From Chitinophagales bacterium (lineage in GTDB: Bacteria > Bacteroidota > Bacteroidia > Chitinophagales > LD1), in contig JAEUUZ010000004.1 of NCBI GenBank assembly GCA_016786765.1, positions 21,300 to 85,299 on the forward strand: a stretch of DNA of 64,000 nt. The letters run 5' to 3'. The translations under genes were made by a program, and so were the position numbers. Within the stretch, counting starts at the first letter, position 1. The number at the start of each line of letters is the position of its first letter. Of this stretch, positions 55,498 through 64,000 are shown in pieces. The notes beneath the pieces were generated by a model. The model did not search any database, was not told the DNA's origin, and worked only from the letters and a program-made list of their open reading frames with translations.

Positions 55498-55519
55498 AGC
55501 CATCTAGATCTAGATGGCT
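55498..55519 (+). terminator. Rho-independent terminator of atpDC
   Basis: Perfect 22-nt palindrome agccatctaga/tctagatggct, followed by TTTTTTG. Confidence 0.8.
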
Positions 55520-55612
55520 TTTTTGTTTCGCTCTACAACCAAAATTATGTTGTAAATCAGATAAAAAAGCGAGTCGCAAAAATACAACTCGCTGCTCAAC
55601 TAATACTTTGTA

Positions 55613-56164
55613 TTATTTACCTTCAGCACGCACATAGGTTTTGGTTCCACTGCTATTAATATAATATTTACCACCACGGGGTGCTGAATAAATCGTTTGA
55701 CCACTTGGTCCTTTCATACTGCGATCAATTGGATCGTTTATTTTCACATTTGCCGGTGCAGGTCGCGGTTTCTCTGCTTCCTTTTTAGCTCCTTCCTTAG
55801 ATGCTTTCGGATTATCTACATCACTTGAGTCTTTTCGCTGTTCTGCTTTCGAAGCTTTGTGTTTATCGGCAGACTTCTCTCCTTTATGCTTTCCTTCTTT
55901 AGTTTCGGCATTTTTTTCAGTGTTCTTCTCCCCTCGTTTTTCATCTCTTTTTGTCTCCCCCTTTTTCATATCATTCTTTCCTGATTCCTTTTCCGCTGAG
56001 GGCTTTTTGCCAGATTCTCTTTTTTCAGTCTCCTTTTTTGGTGTTTCTTTCTTTACGGCTTCTTTCTTATCGCCTTTGCCTCTAGGCTTTGTCGCTTGCG
56101 CATAGGAATTGTTCAATCCTAAACAAAGGATAATCAATAATCCTATCATTTTTGTTGTTTTCAT
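55613..56164 (-). CDS. Secreted Lys/Glu-rich low-complexity protein with conserved basic C-terminal module
   Basis: Signal peptide MKTTKMIGLLIILCLGLNNSYAQ from the internal Met (the ORF extends to 56221). About 120 aa of K/E/G/S repeats (KKE.PKKE.EK..). C-terminus GPSGQTIYSAPRGGKYYINSSGTKTYV. Confidence 0.6.
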   Translation of the reverse strand: MKTTKMIGLLIILCLGLNNSYAQATKPRGKGDKKEAVKKETPKKETEKRESGKKPSAEKESGKNDMKKGETKRDEKRGEKNTEKNAETKEGKHKGEKSADKHKASKAEQRKDSSDVDNPKASKEGAKKEAEKPRPAPANVKINDPIDRSMKGPSGQTIYSAPRGGKYYINSSGTKTYVRAEGK

Positions 56165-56239
56165 TGCTTTGATGTTAAGTGTGATAAATGATTCGCAATA
56201 CGGGATATCTATTAAATTCAATTAGTAATCTATATAAAC

Positions 56240-56488
56240 TTATGGTTTGCGCTGAGTTGTATCATTCGATGTAGGCAACACGGAATGGTGCTGTTGCTTA
56301 TCGGCAATACTAGATTTAGGATCAACTATGCGTACACCTGAATTACTGTCTGCTTTTAGTTCATACATTTTCACTCCCTCTTTTACAATTGTTCGCTTCA
56401 CATGCTGAGGAGTTCCTTTATTGTCGGTTTGTGCAATGAGCAGAATACTTTCCACTACAAAAAGCATGGTAAAAAACGGCTTTAGCAT
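56240..56488 (-). CDS. Small secreted hypothetical protein
   Basis: 82 aa with a hydrophobic N-terminus (FFTMLFVVESILLIAQ). No recognisable family, and whether it is coding is uncertain. Confidence 0.35.
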   Translation of the reverse strand: MLKPFFTMLFVVESILLIAQTDNKGTPQHVKRTIVKEGVKMYELKADSNSGVRIVDPKSSIADKQQHHSVLPTSNDTTQRKP

Positions 56489-56675
56489 ATATATTCATTT
56501 TGCATCTAAATATAACAATATCGTGCCGTGTTGCACAATCCCATCACATATTTTCAAAAGAAAAGTTAAGTATTCCTCTTTGTGAATTGAAGAAAAGCAT
56601 TAAGAATAACACCTGCAAAAAATTGAGTTCTTCCTATATCCATAATTCTCTTTATTTTGTGGCAAAAGGACGAGT

Positions 56676-57419
56676 ATGCTTTTGAAAGGAAAAAATGCAT
56701 TGGTTACAGGAGGAACACGAGGAATTGGATTAGCCATTGTAGAATTATTTGCCAAAGAAGGGGCTAATGTGGCCTTTACTTATATTAGCAGTGAAGCCAA
56801 GGCCAACGAAATTTGTGAACGACTCACTTCTACCGATAATAAAATTTGCGCCTACAAATCTGATGCGGCCGATTATACCGGTTCTGAAACATTGATTGAG
56901 AAAGTATTAGAAGATTTCGGCAGTATCGATATTCTAGTCAATAATGCAGGTATTACCCGCGATAATTTATTGTTGAGAATGAGTGAAGAACACTTCGATG
57001 AAGTAATTGCCAATAATTTAAAATCGGTTTTCAACTTCACAAAGAGCATTTCAAAATCTATGTTACGTCAAAAGAGCGGTTCAATTATTAATATCACATC
57101 CATTATTGGCATCCGTGGACAAGCAGGCCAGTCGAATTACGCAGCATCAAAATCGGGCATTATAGGATTTACCAAATCTATAGCTGATGAGTTTGGTTCG
57201 CGCAGTATCCGATGTAACGCTGTTTCGCCTGGGTTCATCGAAACAGATATGACTGAAGTACTTCCGGAAGAGGTAAAAAAAGATATCCTTCGTCAAATTC
57301 CAATGCAGCGTATGGGCCAACCGGAAGAAGTGGCCAATGCTGTTCTATTTTTAGCTAGCGATTTGAGCAAATATGTAAGCGGACAAGTGCTTAGTGTTTG
57401 CGGAGCTATGTCGCGCTAG
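56676..57419 (+). CDS. fabG: 3-oxoacyl-[acyl-carrier-protein] reductase
   Basis: LVTGGTRGIGLAI, LVNNAGITRD, NITSIIG..GQAGQSNYAASKSG, GQVLSVCGAM. 247 aa. Confidence 0.88.
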   Translation: MLLKGKNALVTGGTRGIGLAIVELFAKEGANVAFTYISSEAKANEICERLTSTDNKICAYKSDAADYTGSETLIEKVLEDFGSIDILVNNAGITRDNLLLRMSEEHFDEVIANNLKSVFNFTKSISKSMLRQKSGSIINITSIIGIRGQAGQSNYAASKSGIIGFTKSIADEFGSRSIRCNAVSPGFIETDMTEVLPEEVKKDILRQIPMQRMGQPEEVANAVLFLASDLSKYVSGQVLSVCGAMSR

Positions 57420-57449
57420 TTTTCATTTTAACCGATTCAAAAGAAAAAA

Positions 57450-59558
57450 TTGAACACATCCATCACCTTTGAACATTCGCTTTGGCTAATTATTCCCTGC
57501 TTAATTGTAGCAGGCTTATACGCATTTGTGCTCTACCGAAACGATTTCAAACAAGAGGATACTCCCTTCTTTAAATATCGCAAACACCTAACTACTCTTC
57601 GATTTCTTACTGTGTTGGGTATTTTACTACTATTACTTTCCCCCTTTATAAAATCAAGAAACACTGAATCGCAAAAACCAATTGTTGCGCTATTGATTGA
57701 TAAATCCGAATCGATTCGCAATGCATTCAAAAACAAAACAGATACAATCGTTTATTTCGACAAACTCAATGCGCTGCGAAAAAAGTTAGAAGACAAATTT
57801 GAAGTGGTTACATTTACAGTTGGAGATAAAACAGAAGCGTTAGTAAACAACACGCTCAATGCAAAAGCCAGCAATATATCCGGAGCATTTGAACAAATCA
57901 ACGATCAGTTTTACAATCAAAATATTGGAGCCGTTGTTCTCGCATCCGATGGCATTTTCAATCAAGGTATTAATCCTGTATATGCTACCACCAATGCCTC
58001 ATACAACATATATACCATAGCGGTAGGCGACACAACTATTCCCAAAGACTTGAAAATTGAAAACGTTTTCTACAACAAAATTGCTTACCTCAACGACCAA
58101 TTTGCATTGAAAGCCGATATTGGCGCTACTAACCTTTCAGGCAACACTGTTACCGTTTCCTTAAGTGAAGTGAGTGAAGGAAAAGCTCGACCGCTTGGTT
58201 CAAAATCAATGCTTGTCAATTCAAATGCTTTCTATACTACTGCCGATTTTATTGTTCCTGTAACTAAAACAGGTATTGCGCATTACGTAATTTCGGTTAC
58301 GAACTTGAATGGCGAAATCACTTACAAAAATAACACACGCGATATCTTTATTGAAGTATTGGACGGCCGACAAAAAATTCTATTGTTAGCCAACTCACCA
58401 CATCCGGATATTGCCGCTATTAAAACTGCTGTAGAAGCCAATAAAAACTATAGTGTTGACGTACAATTTATCGATGATTACACAGCAAAAATTGCAGCGT
58501 ACAGCCTCGTTATTTTGCACCAATTACCGAGCAACACGAACAACGCACAGCGAGTAATTACCGATGTTAATGCCGCCAAGAAATCGGCTTGGTTTATTGC
58601 AGGTACATTGAGCAATTTGGGTGAGTTAAATAAACTTCAAAACACGATTGCCATTTCCGGGAACATCAATAAATACAATAATGTAACCCCTACTATAAAT
58701 AAGGATTTCACATTGTTCACACTTTCGGAAAACACACAAAATGCTATTGTAAAATTCCCTCCGCTAAGCGTTTTTTATGGCGATTATAAAAGTAACCCTA
58801 CAGCAAAAACGTTGTTCAACCAGAAAATCAATGCGGTAAATACCGATTACCCTTTGTTAAGCTTTGGTGAAAATGGTGAACAAAAAAATGCTATACTCTG
58901 CGGTGAAGGCCTTTGGCGTTGGAAGTTATACGACTTCATGCAAAATAAAAACAACGAAGCCTTTCAAGAAATTGTCAGTAAAACCATTCAATATCTTTCT
59001 GTTGAAACCGATAAGCGACCATTCCGAGTGAATGCAGCAAAAACCATTTTCTCCGATAATGAGGCCATTCAATTTGATGCGCAATTATATAATGCCAATT
59101 TTGAAATGGTAAATGGCACGGATGTCGACATGAAAATTAAAGACGAAGCCGGCAAGACATTCGATTTCAAGTTCAATAAAAACGATAACTATTACACTTT
59201 AAATGCAGGATTTTTGCCTTCAGGAAGTTACAAGTATTCGGCATCAACTAAGTTAGGCGCTAATGCATACAAAGTAGATGGACAGTTTAGCGTATCGTCT
59301 TTACAATTGGAAGAAATCAATACGGTTGCTGATTTCAAACTATTGAATAGCTTGGCGTTGGCGCACAATGGCAAAATGGTATCGTTGGATGAAACCGATA
59401 AAATTGCCGAGGAACTCTTAGCAAAAAAAGAACTCAAACCAATTCTCTACGACAAGTTCAGCACCGAAAGTGCCATCAATTTAAAATGGATTTTTGCCTT
59501 GCTCATTTTACTCCTTTCGCTAGAATGGTTTATTCGAAAATGGAGCGGAGGTTATTGA
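57450..59558 (+). CDS. Bitopic VWA-domain membrane protein with BatA-like N-terminal double-TM region and C-terminal anchor
   Basis: TTG start. N-terminus ITFEHSLWLIIPCLIVAGLYAFVLYR plus a second TM helix. MIDAS ALLIDKSES (DxSxS), ASDGIFNQG. C-terminal TM helix IFALLILLLSLEWFIRKW. Confidence 0.55.
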   Translation: MNTSITFEHSLWLIIPCLIVAGLYAFVLYRNDFKQEDTPFFKYRKHLTTLRFLTVLGILLLLLSPFIKSRNTESQKPIVALLIDKSESIRNAFKNKTDTIVYFDKLNALRKKLEDKFEVVTFTVGDKTEALVNNTLNAKASNISGAFEQINDQFYNQNIGAVVLASDGIFNQGINPVYATTNASYNIYTIAVGDTTIPKDLKIENVFYNKIAYLNDQFALKADIGATNLSGNTVTVSLSEVSEGKARPLGSKSMLVNSNAFYTTADFIVPVTKTGIAHYVISVTNLNGEITYKNNTRDIFIEVLDGRQKILLLANSPHPDIAAIKTAVEANKNYSVDVQFIDDYTAKIAAYSLVILHQLPSNTNNAQRVITDVNAAKKSAWFIAGTLSNLGELNKLQNTIAISGNINKYNNVTPTINKDFTLFTLSENTQNAIVKFPPLSVFYGDYKSNPTAKTLFNQKINAVNTDYPLLSFGENGEQKNAILCGEGLWRWKLYDFMQNKNNEAFQEIVSKTIQYLSVETDKRPFRVNAAKTIFSDNEAIQFDAQLYNANFEMVNGTDVDMKIKDEAGKTFDFKFNKNDNYYTLNAGFLPSGSYKYSASTKLGANAYKVDGQFSVSSLQLEEINTVADFKLLNSLALAHNGKMVSLDETDKIAEELLAKKELKPILYDKFSTESAINLKWIFALLILLLSLEWFIRKWSGGY

Positions 59559-59651
59559 TATAAAGCCATTGTAAATTACCCGCCAATTCGCTATTTCGAG
59601 CATTTTCATTAAAATTACAATTCATTTGAAAAATCAATAAACACCAACAAT

Positions 59652-60806
59652 ATGCTTACGCCAAGAAACATTTATACCGAAGAGCACACTATGTTTGCGC
59701 AATCGGTGCGCGATTTTTTAAAGAAAGAAATTGAACCTAAACATGCACAGTGGGAAAAAGACAAAATGGTATCTCGCGAAAGTTGGTTGCAGTTTGGGGA
59801 AAGCGGTTATTTATGTCCGCAAGTAGAAGAAAAATACGGAGGTCTTGGTATTAACGACTTTCGTTACAATGCCATCATTACGGAAGAAATTGCAAAACTA
59901 GGATTAGCGTCAGAAGCAGTTGGATATCCTTTGCATTCAGATATTGTATGTCCATATATTGAACATTATGGAACAGAAGCACTAAAGATGAAATGGCTAC
60001 CTAAAATGGTTTCGGGTGAAGCGATTGCCGCCATTGCGATGACAGAGCCCGGAGCAGGTAGCGACTTGCAAGGCATGCATACAACTGCAGTGGATAAAGG
60101 CGACCATTTTGTTGTGAACGGCTCAAAAACATTTATTACCAACGGTTATTTGAGCGACCTATGTGTTGTTGCCGTTAAAACCGATGTAACGAAAGGGGCC
60201 AAAGGAATCAGTTTGGTGGTAATTGAAACAGGAATGAAAGGCTACACCAAAGGAAAGCCATTTGAAAAAGTGGGCTTACATGCACAAGATACTTGCGAAT
60301 TGTTTTTCGAAAATGTAGAAGTGCCGAAAGAAAATTTATTGGGTGAAATCAATGACGGGTTTAAATATTTAATGACCGAATTATCGCAAGAACGCTTAGT
60401 GGTTGGTCTTGGTGCAATTGCAGCAGCAGAAGGTGTTCTAGCCGCTACCATTCAATACACCAAAGATCGTGTTGCGTTTGGAAAACCAATTTCAGAATTA
60501 CAAAATACGCGTTTCAAATTAGCGGAAATGGAAACAGAAGTATCCATTGGAAGAATCTTTGCCGATCGCTGTGTGGAATTACACCTCGATAAAAAATTAG
60601 ACCAAGCAAGTGCTTCTGCTTGTAAATATTGGCTTACCGACCTACAAGCAAAAGTTGCAGATGAATGTTTGCAACTTCACGGTGGCTATGGTTATATGTG
60701 GGAGTACCTTGCAGGACGTGCCTTTGCTGACGCGCGTGTACAACGCATCTATGCCGGCACAAACGAAATCATGAAAGAACTTATTGCAAGAAAAGTATTG
60801 AAGTAA
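59652..60806 (+). CDS. Acyl-CoA dehydrogenase
   Basis: AMTEPGAGSDL, NGSKTFITNG, C-terminal LQLHGGYGYM.EY...R.FADARV.RIYAGTNEIM. 384 aa. Confidence 0.92.
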   Translation: MLTPRNIYTEEHTMFAQSVRDFLKKEIEPKHAQWEKDKMVSRESWLQFGESGYLCPQVEEKYGGLGINDFRYNAIITEEIAKLGLASEAVGYPLHSDIVCPYIEHYGTEALKMKWLPKMVSGEAIAAIAMTEPGAGSDLQGMHTTAVDKGDHFVVNGSKTFITNGYLSDLCVVAVKTDVTKGAKGISLVVIETGMKGYTKGKPFEKVGLHAQDTCELFFENVEVPKENLLGEINDGFKYLMTELSQERLVVGLGAIAAAEGVLAATIQYTKDRVAFGKPISELQNTRFKLAEMETEVSIGRIFADRCVELHLDKKLDQASASACKYWLTDLQAKVADECLQLHGGYGYMWEYLAGRAFADARVQRIYAGTNEIMKELIARKVLK

Positions 60807-60831
60807 TTGCTGTTCTATCCAACAGGAAAAG

Positions 60832-60854
60832 CCATCCGATGCATATTCGGGTGG
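60832..60854 (+). terminator. Rho-independent terminator of the acyl-CoA dehydrogenase gene
   Basis: ccatccga-tgcatat-tcgggtgg (one G-U pair), followed by TTTTTT. Confidence 0.6.
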
Positions 60855-60858
60855 TTTT

Positions 60859-61773
60859 TTACTTTATGACCGTGCTCTTAGATTGTGCATTATAAGAAGC
60901 AAAAATTCCGTATCCATTGGCAATATTCGTATACACATAAGAAGGCTCAGAGGAGTTTGTGTTATTCGTTTGTCGAAACAACTCCAATGTTTTGCTATAT
61001 AAATAATAAGACTTCGAAATGGTACGAATCTCATACCAAAGCTTTGAAGAAATCAACTTGTCTTTTGGTGTTGCATTTTGAAACTCCAACTCCAACGTTT
61101 TATTTTGTCCATTGAAACCATTGTCACTAAAAAACAAATTCCAACCCCATTCTCTAGCGGTATCTGCCAAATATATTGTAGGCATTGGTTTATAGCTTTG
61201 AGTTCGAGTATAAATCATTGTATCTCCTTGTGCGTTGATCACTTGTGACAACTTCTCTTCAGCCCACATTGTTACTTTGTAATAGTTATCTTTATCGCCA
61301 TTATCATGAATATTGATAACCATTTTGGCGCGTGAATTTTCGGTAGAATCTGCAGGATAATGCGCCACAAAATAATTCAAAATTTGAACCGGCATAACTT
61401 GCTCATCTGTTGCGTCTACTTGCCCGTATTTCGATTGTGTTACCTTTATACTATACTTTTTCCCTTTCACCGGATTAAATGAAGATTGAAACTTGCCGAA
61501 TGTCCCAACTGTATCTGAATTCAAATACTTCATTTGTTCTTTGAATGTATTATCCTCATACAATTCCACAATAGCGTCTTCCAAACTGTGAATAGCATTG
61601 GCTCCATTTGAAGCATAACTTCCCGTAACATATACATTCATTTTTCCGCTATTGGAAAACAAACTATTGATAACCATCTTGGAGCTAGAGGCTTGATCTT
61701 TAATCACAAAATCTTTCTCGCAAGCCGAAAGCGAAAGAAGTAAAAGAGCGATAATCAACACCTGTTTTATCAT
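60859..61773 (-). CDS. DUF4249-like lipoprotein (partner of the TonB-dependent receptor)
   Basis: Lipobox LLLSLSAC. About 300 aa, all-beta. ATGA overlap with the upstream receptor gene, which is the usual pairing. Confidence 0.6.
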   Translation of the reverse strand: MIKQVLIIALLLLSLSACEKDFVIKDQASSSKMVINSLFSNSGKMNVYVTGSYASNGANAIHSLEDAIVELYEDNTFKEQMKYLNSDTVGTFGKFQSSFNPVKGKKYSIKVTQSKYGQVDATDEQVMPVQILNYFVAHYPADSTENSRAKMVINIHDNGDKDNYYKVTMWAEEKLSQVINAQGDTMIYTRTQSYKPMPTIYLADTAREWGWNLFFSDNGFNGQNKTLELEFQNATPKDKLISSKLWYEIRTISKSYYLYSKTLELFRQTNNTNSSEPSYVYTNIANGYGIFASYNAQSKSTVIK

Positions 61774-64000
61774 AATCCAAAATGAATAATATAGGTTAAA
61801 GAAGGTAGTATCGGAAACAAACTCAACTGCTTATACACCAATACCCGATTACCATTCGAATCGTTTCGATAATCTTGATAAACAGTAAACACATTGAGCC
61901 GATTGTAAAGATTATAGATACTGAAATTAAACTCGTGCTCATTTCGCTTCACTCTCTTTTTATACGTGAATGAAACATCCAAATGATGATAAGCCGGCAA
62001 GCGATAATTATTTTTCCCTGAATAGAGCGCAATTTCTTCCCCTGACCCCGGATAGGGATTACCGCGTTTTACATAATTATCGTACTGGACTACACCACTC
62101 CAGGTATTATACGACTGATTAGAAACAGAAATCATATTACCACTTCCATATACCCACGAAACACCTACTGATATGTGCTTTGAAATGGTATAGTTCATCT
62201 GAAACGCTATGTTATGTCGCCTATCGTACTTGTATGGGAAGTACGCACCACCATTTAATGTACTGAATTTACGATTACTCCACGATAAAGTATATGCAAC
62301 TGATCCAGTGATTCGTCCATAGGTTCTGGCTAAATAAACTTCCATGCCATAGGCTACACCTTTCCCATTTGAAGTTACTTGGCTTTCCCAAGACCGACTA
62401 AAATAATTCGCCCCTTCCTTGTATTCGATTAAATGATTCATGGTTCTGTAAAAACCATCTATACTCCATTCGAAAAACAGCGGTAGCTTATGTATCATTC
62501 CGCCCGAAAAATTCCAACCAATTTCAGGTTTGGCTGCAGCAGTGGCAGGCACCCAATAATCGTTAAGAATATTGGAAGTTGACGCTACTAATAGATGAAT
62601 ATTTTGCGATAAACCCGAAGCTGAAGCACGCAATGAAAAAGACTTTATAGGACTGTAAACAATATTTATCCGCGGCAATAAATTCGTGAATGTTTTTTGC
62701 TGTACAGTATACGTTCGAAAGTGAAATCCTGCATTGATTACCCAATGACGGTTGGGAATATATTCGTCTTCCACAAAACATGATGTCTCCAACGCCTTTG
62801 TTTCTTGGCCTTTTATCGTATTCGTTTTTTGTCCATTCCATGTATTATCTATCTCCTCTTTCCCTTTTCCGGTCTCAAAAAACAAGCCTTTTATTTCAAT
62901 ACCAGTCTTAAACGTTTGCTTTTTCGTAATTGCAAAACGCAACATACTCCGCAGTGTATAATCGCGAATATAGGCGGTGGATTTTAAGTTATAATAGTTA
63001 TTAAACGCACTACTATATGGTGTTTCAGGAGCTGCGTAATGATACTTGTTTTCCGAATTCAACTCATAATCGCTAAACGAGAAGGCAGTACGCAGCGTTA
63101 CTCGACTATTGAACGTGTGTAACCAATGTACTGAAGTTACATAATTCGCCCATTGAACCTTTTGCAAAACCGTGGACTCTCCGGGTGACTTTGACGTTGC
63201 GGCTACAATCTTAGTAAACGTATAAAAATCATAATTCGTAAAATAATTCAATTCCAAACGATCTTTCGCACTGAATTGATGCACAAGTTTGAAATTAACA
63301 TCGCCAAAATAATAGGCGATACTTCCATTATAGCCGGCCGCTTTAAATTGTCGCCTAGAAATAGGACCTGTGTATGCTCCAACATAACAACCACGAAGCG
63401 ATAAAGCAAAATGCGTTTTTTTCTTTTTGTCTAACGGGCCGCCAATATTGAATTTAGAGGCAATCAGCCCTAATGAAAATGAACCCTGAATTTTATCTTC
63501 ATGTCCATTGGCTGTTTCAATGTTCATCACCGAGCCCAAGCGTCCGCCAAAACTTGCAGGAAAACTGTTTTTGTGTACATCTATTCGTTCAATGGCATCG
63601 CTATTAAACACAGAGATAAAACCATACAAATGCGAAGGGTTATACACTGTACTTCCATCGATGAGCATCAAATTCTGATCCGGACTACCACCGCGCACAA
63701 AAACTCCACGTGTACCTTCATTTCCACTCTGCACACCGGGTTGCATTTGCACAGCGCGGATAGGATCATGTTCCCCCATCAAAGCAGGTAATGCATTAAT
63801 GTCTTCTCTTCGAAGCGTAATCAAGCCATTGGCATCATGTTGCGCAGTGGCTTCTTTTTTTCGTTCCAACACCACAACATCTTTCATCAAGTGATTGCTT
63901 TCCATTTCAATACGAAGCACAGTATCGCGCGAAATATGGAGTATTATATTTTGCCGCAAATACCCTAAGTAACTAATGGTCATTGGATGTACACCGGCTG
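61770..64000 (-). CDS. TonB-dependent receptor, 5' end beyond window edge
   Basis: Plug motifs DPIRAVQMQPGV, RGVFVRGGSPDQNLMLIDG. Long beta-barrel ending ...LPSLTYIIHFGL. The frame stays open upstream of the listed Met to nt 64000, so a CarboxypepD_reg-like N-terminus is expected. Confidence 0.85.
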   Translation of the reverse strand, partial: AGVHPMTISYLGYLRQNIILHISRDTVLRIEMESNHLMKDVVVLERKKEATAQHDANGLITLRREDINALPALMGEHDPIRAVQMQPGVQSGNEGTRGVFVRGGSPDQNLMLIDGSTVYNPSHLYGFISVFNSDAIERIDVHKNSFPASFGGRLGSVMNIETANGHEDKIQGSFSLGLIASKFNIGGPLDKKKKTHFALSLRGCYVGAYTGPISRRQFKAAGYNGSIAYYFGDVNFKLVHQFSAKDRLELNYFTNYDFYTFTKIVAATSKSPGESTVLQKVQWANYVTSVHWLHTFNSRVTLRTAFSFSDYELNSENKYHYAAPETPYSSAFNNYYNLKSTAYIRDYTLRSMLRFAITKKQTFKTGIEIKGLFFETGKGKEEIDNTWNGQKTNTIKGQETKALETSCFVEDEYIPNRHWVINAGFHFRTYTVQQKTFTNLLPRINIVYSPIKSFSLRASASGLSQNIHLLVASTSNILNDYWVPATAAAKPEIGWNFSGGMIHKLPLFFEWSIDGFYRTMNHLIEYKEGANYFSRSWESQVTSNGKGVAYGMEVYLARTYGRITGSVAYTLSWSNRKFSTLNGGAYFPYKYDRRHNIAFQMNYTISKHISVGVSWVYGSGNMISVSNQSYNTWSGVVQYDNYVKRGNPYPGSGEEIALYSGKNNYRLPAYHHLDVSFTYKKRVKRNEHEFNFSIYNLYNRLNVFTVYQDYRNDSNGNRVLVYKQLSLFPILPSLTYIIHFGL

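Noticed and set aside
56500-56685. 61-aa plus-strand ORF upstream of fabG
   Set aside because: It lies in the AT-rich promoter region, overlaps the fabG start out of frame, and has Cys/Ser/Lys-rich nonsense-like composition with no support.

Overview
This is a 64-kb chromosomal segment from a low-GC Bacteroidota genome. The phylum call rests on type-A and type-B T9SS C-terminal sorting domains, a PorP/SprF gene, DUF1800/DUF1501 and TonB-receptor/DUF4249 pairs, and TAnnTTTG-type -7 promoter boxes. All family calls come from motifs read by eye in the supplied translations; no HMM or BLAST search was possible.

Most of the window is housekeeping or ordinary envelope content:
- a 5'-truncated arginine decarboxylase, gatB, alaS, tRNA-Asp, sucD, an Mla-like ABC pair, atpDC, fabG and an acyl-CoA dehydrogenase
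- two giant T9SS adhesins

The region that stands out is a ~17.6-kb, four-operon surface glycan or glycolipid locus (20650-38220). It holds a GDP-mannose-3,5-epimerase-like enzyme, a WbaP-type initiating transferase, a single GT4, a divergent UbiA-family membrane transferase, an AsnB-type amidotransferase, an SGNH-like protein, a membrane-anchored methyltransferase and a Wzm/Wzt exporter whose Wzt carries a C-terminal extension.

The unusual part is six divergent PhyH-family Fe(II)/2-oxoglutarate dioxygenase paralogs in this locus. Five of them end in a Pro/Glu/Lys-rich linker followed by a short basic amphipathic tail resembling the MinD membrane-targeting sequence. I interpret this as a membrane-tethered battery of oxidative tailoring enzymes acting on a lipid-linked product before ABC export, and I know of no described system like it.

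Secondary curiosities:
- a DUF1501 protein with both a twin-arginine signal and a T9SS C-terminal domain
- a translationally coupled ChlI-like AAA+/VWA pair with an NE Walker B motif
- a type-B T9SS cargo module with its own PorP/SprF and a PorE-like OmpA protein

I saw no CRISPR array, transposase, integrase or rRNA.
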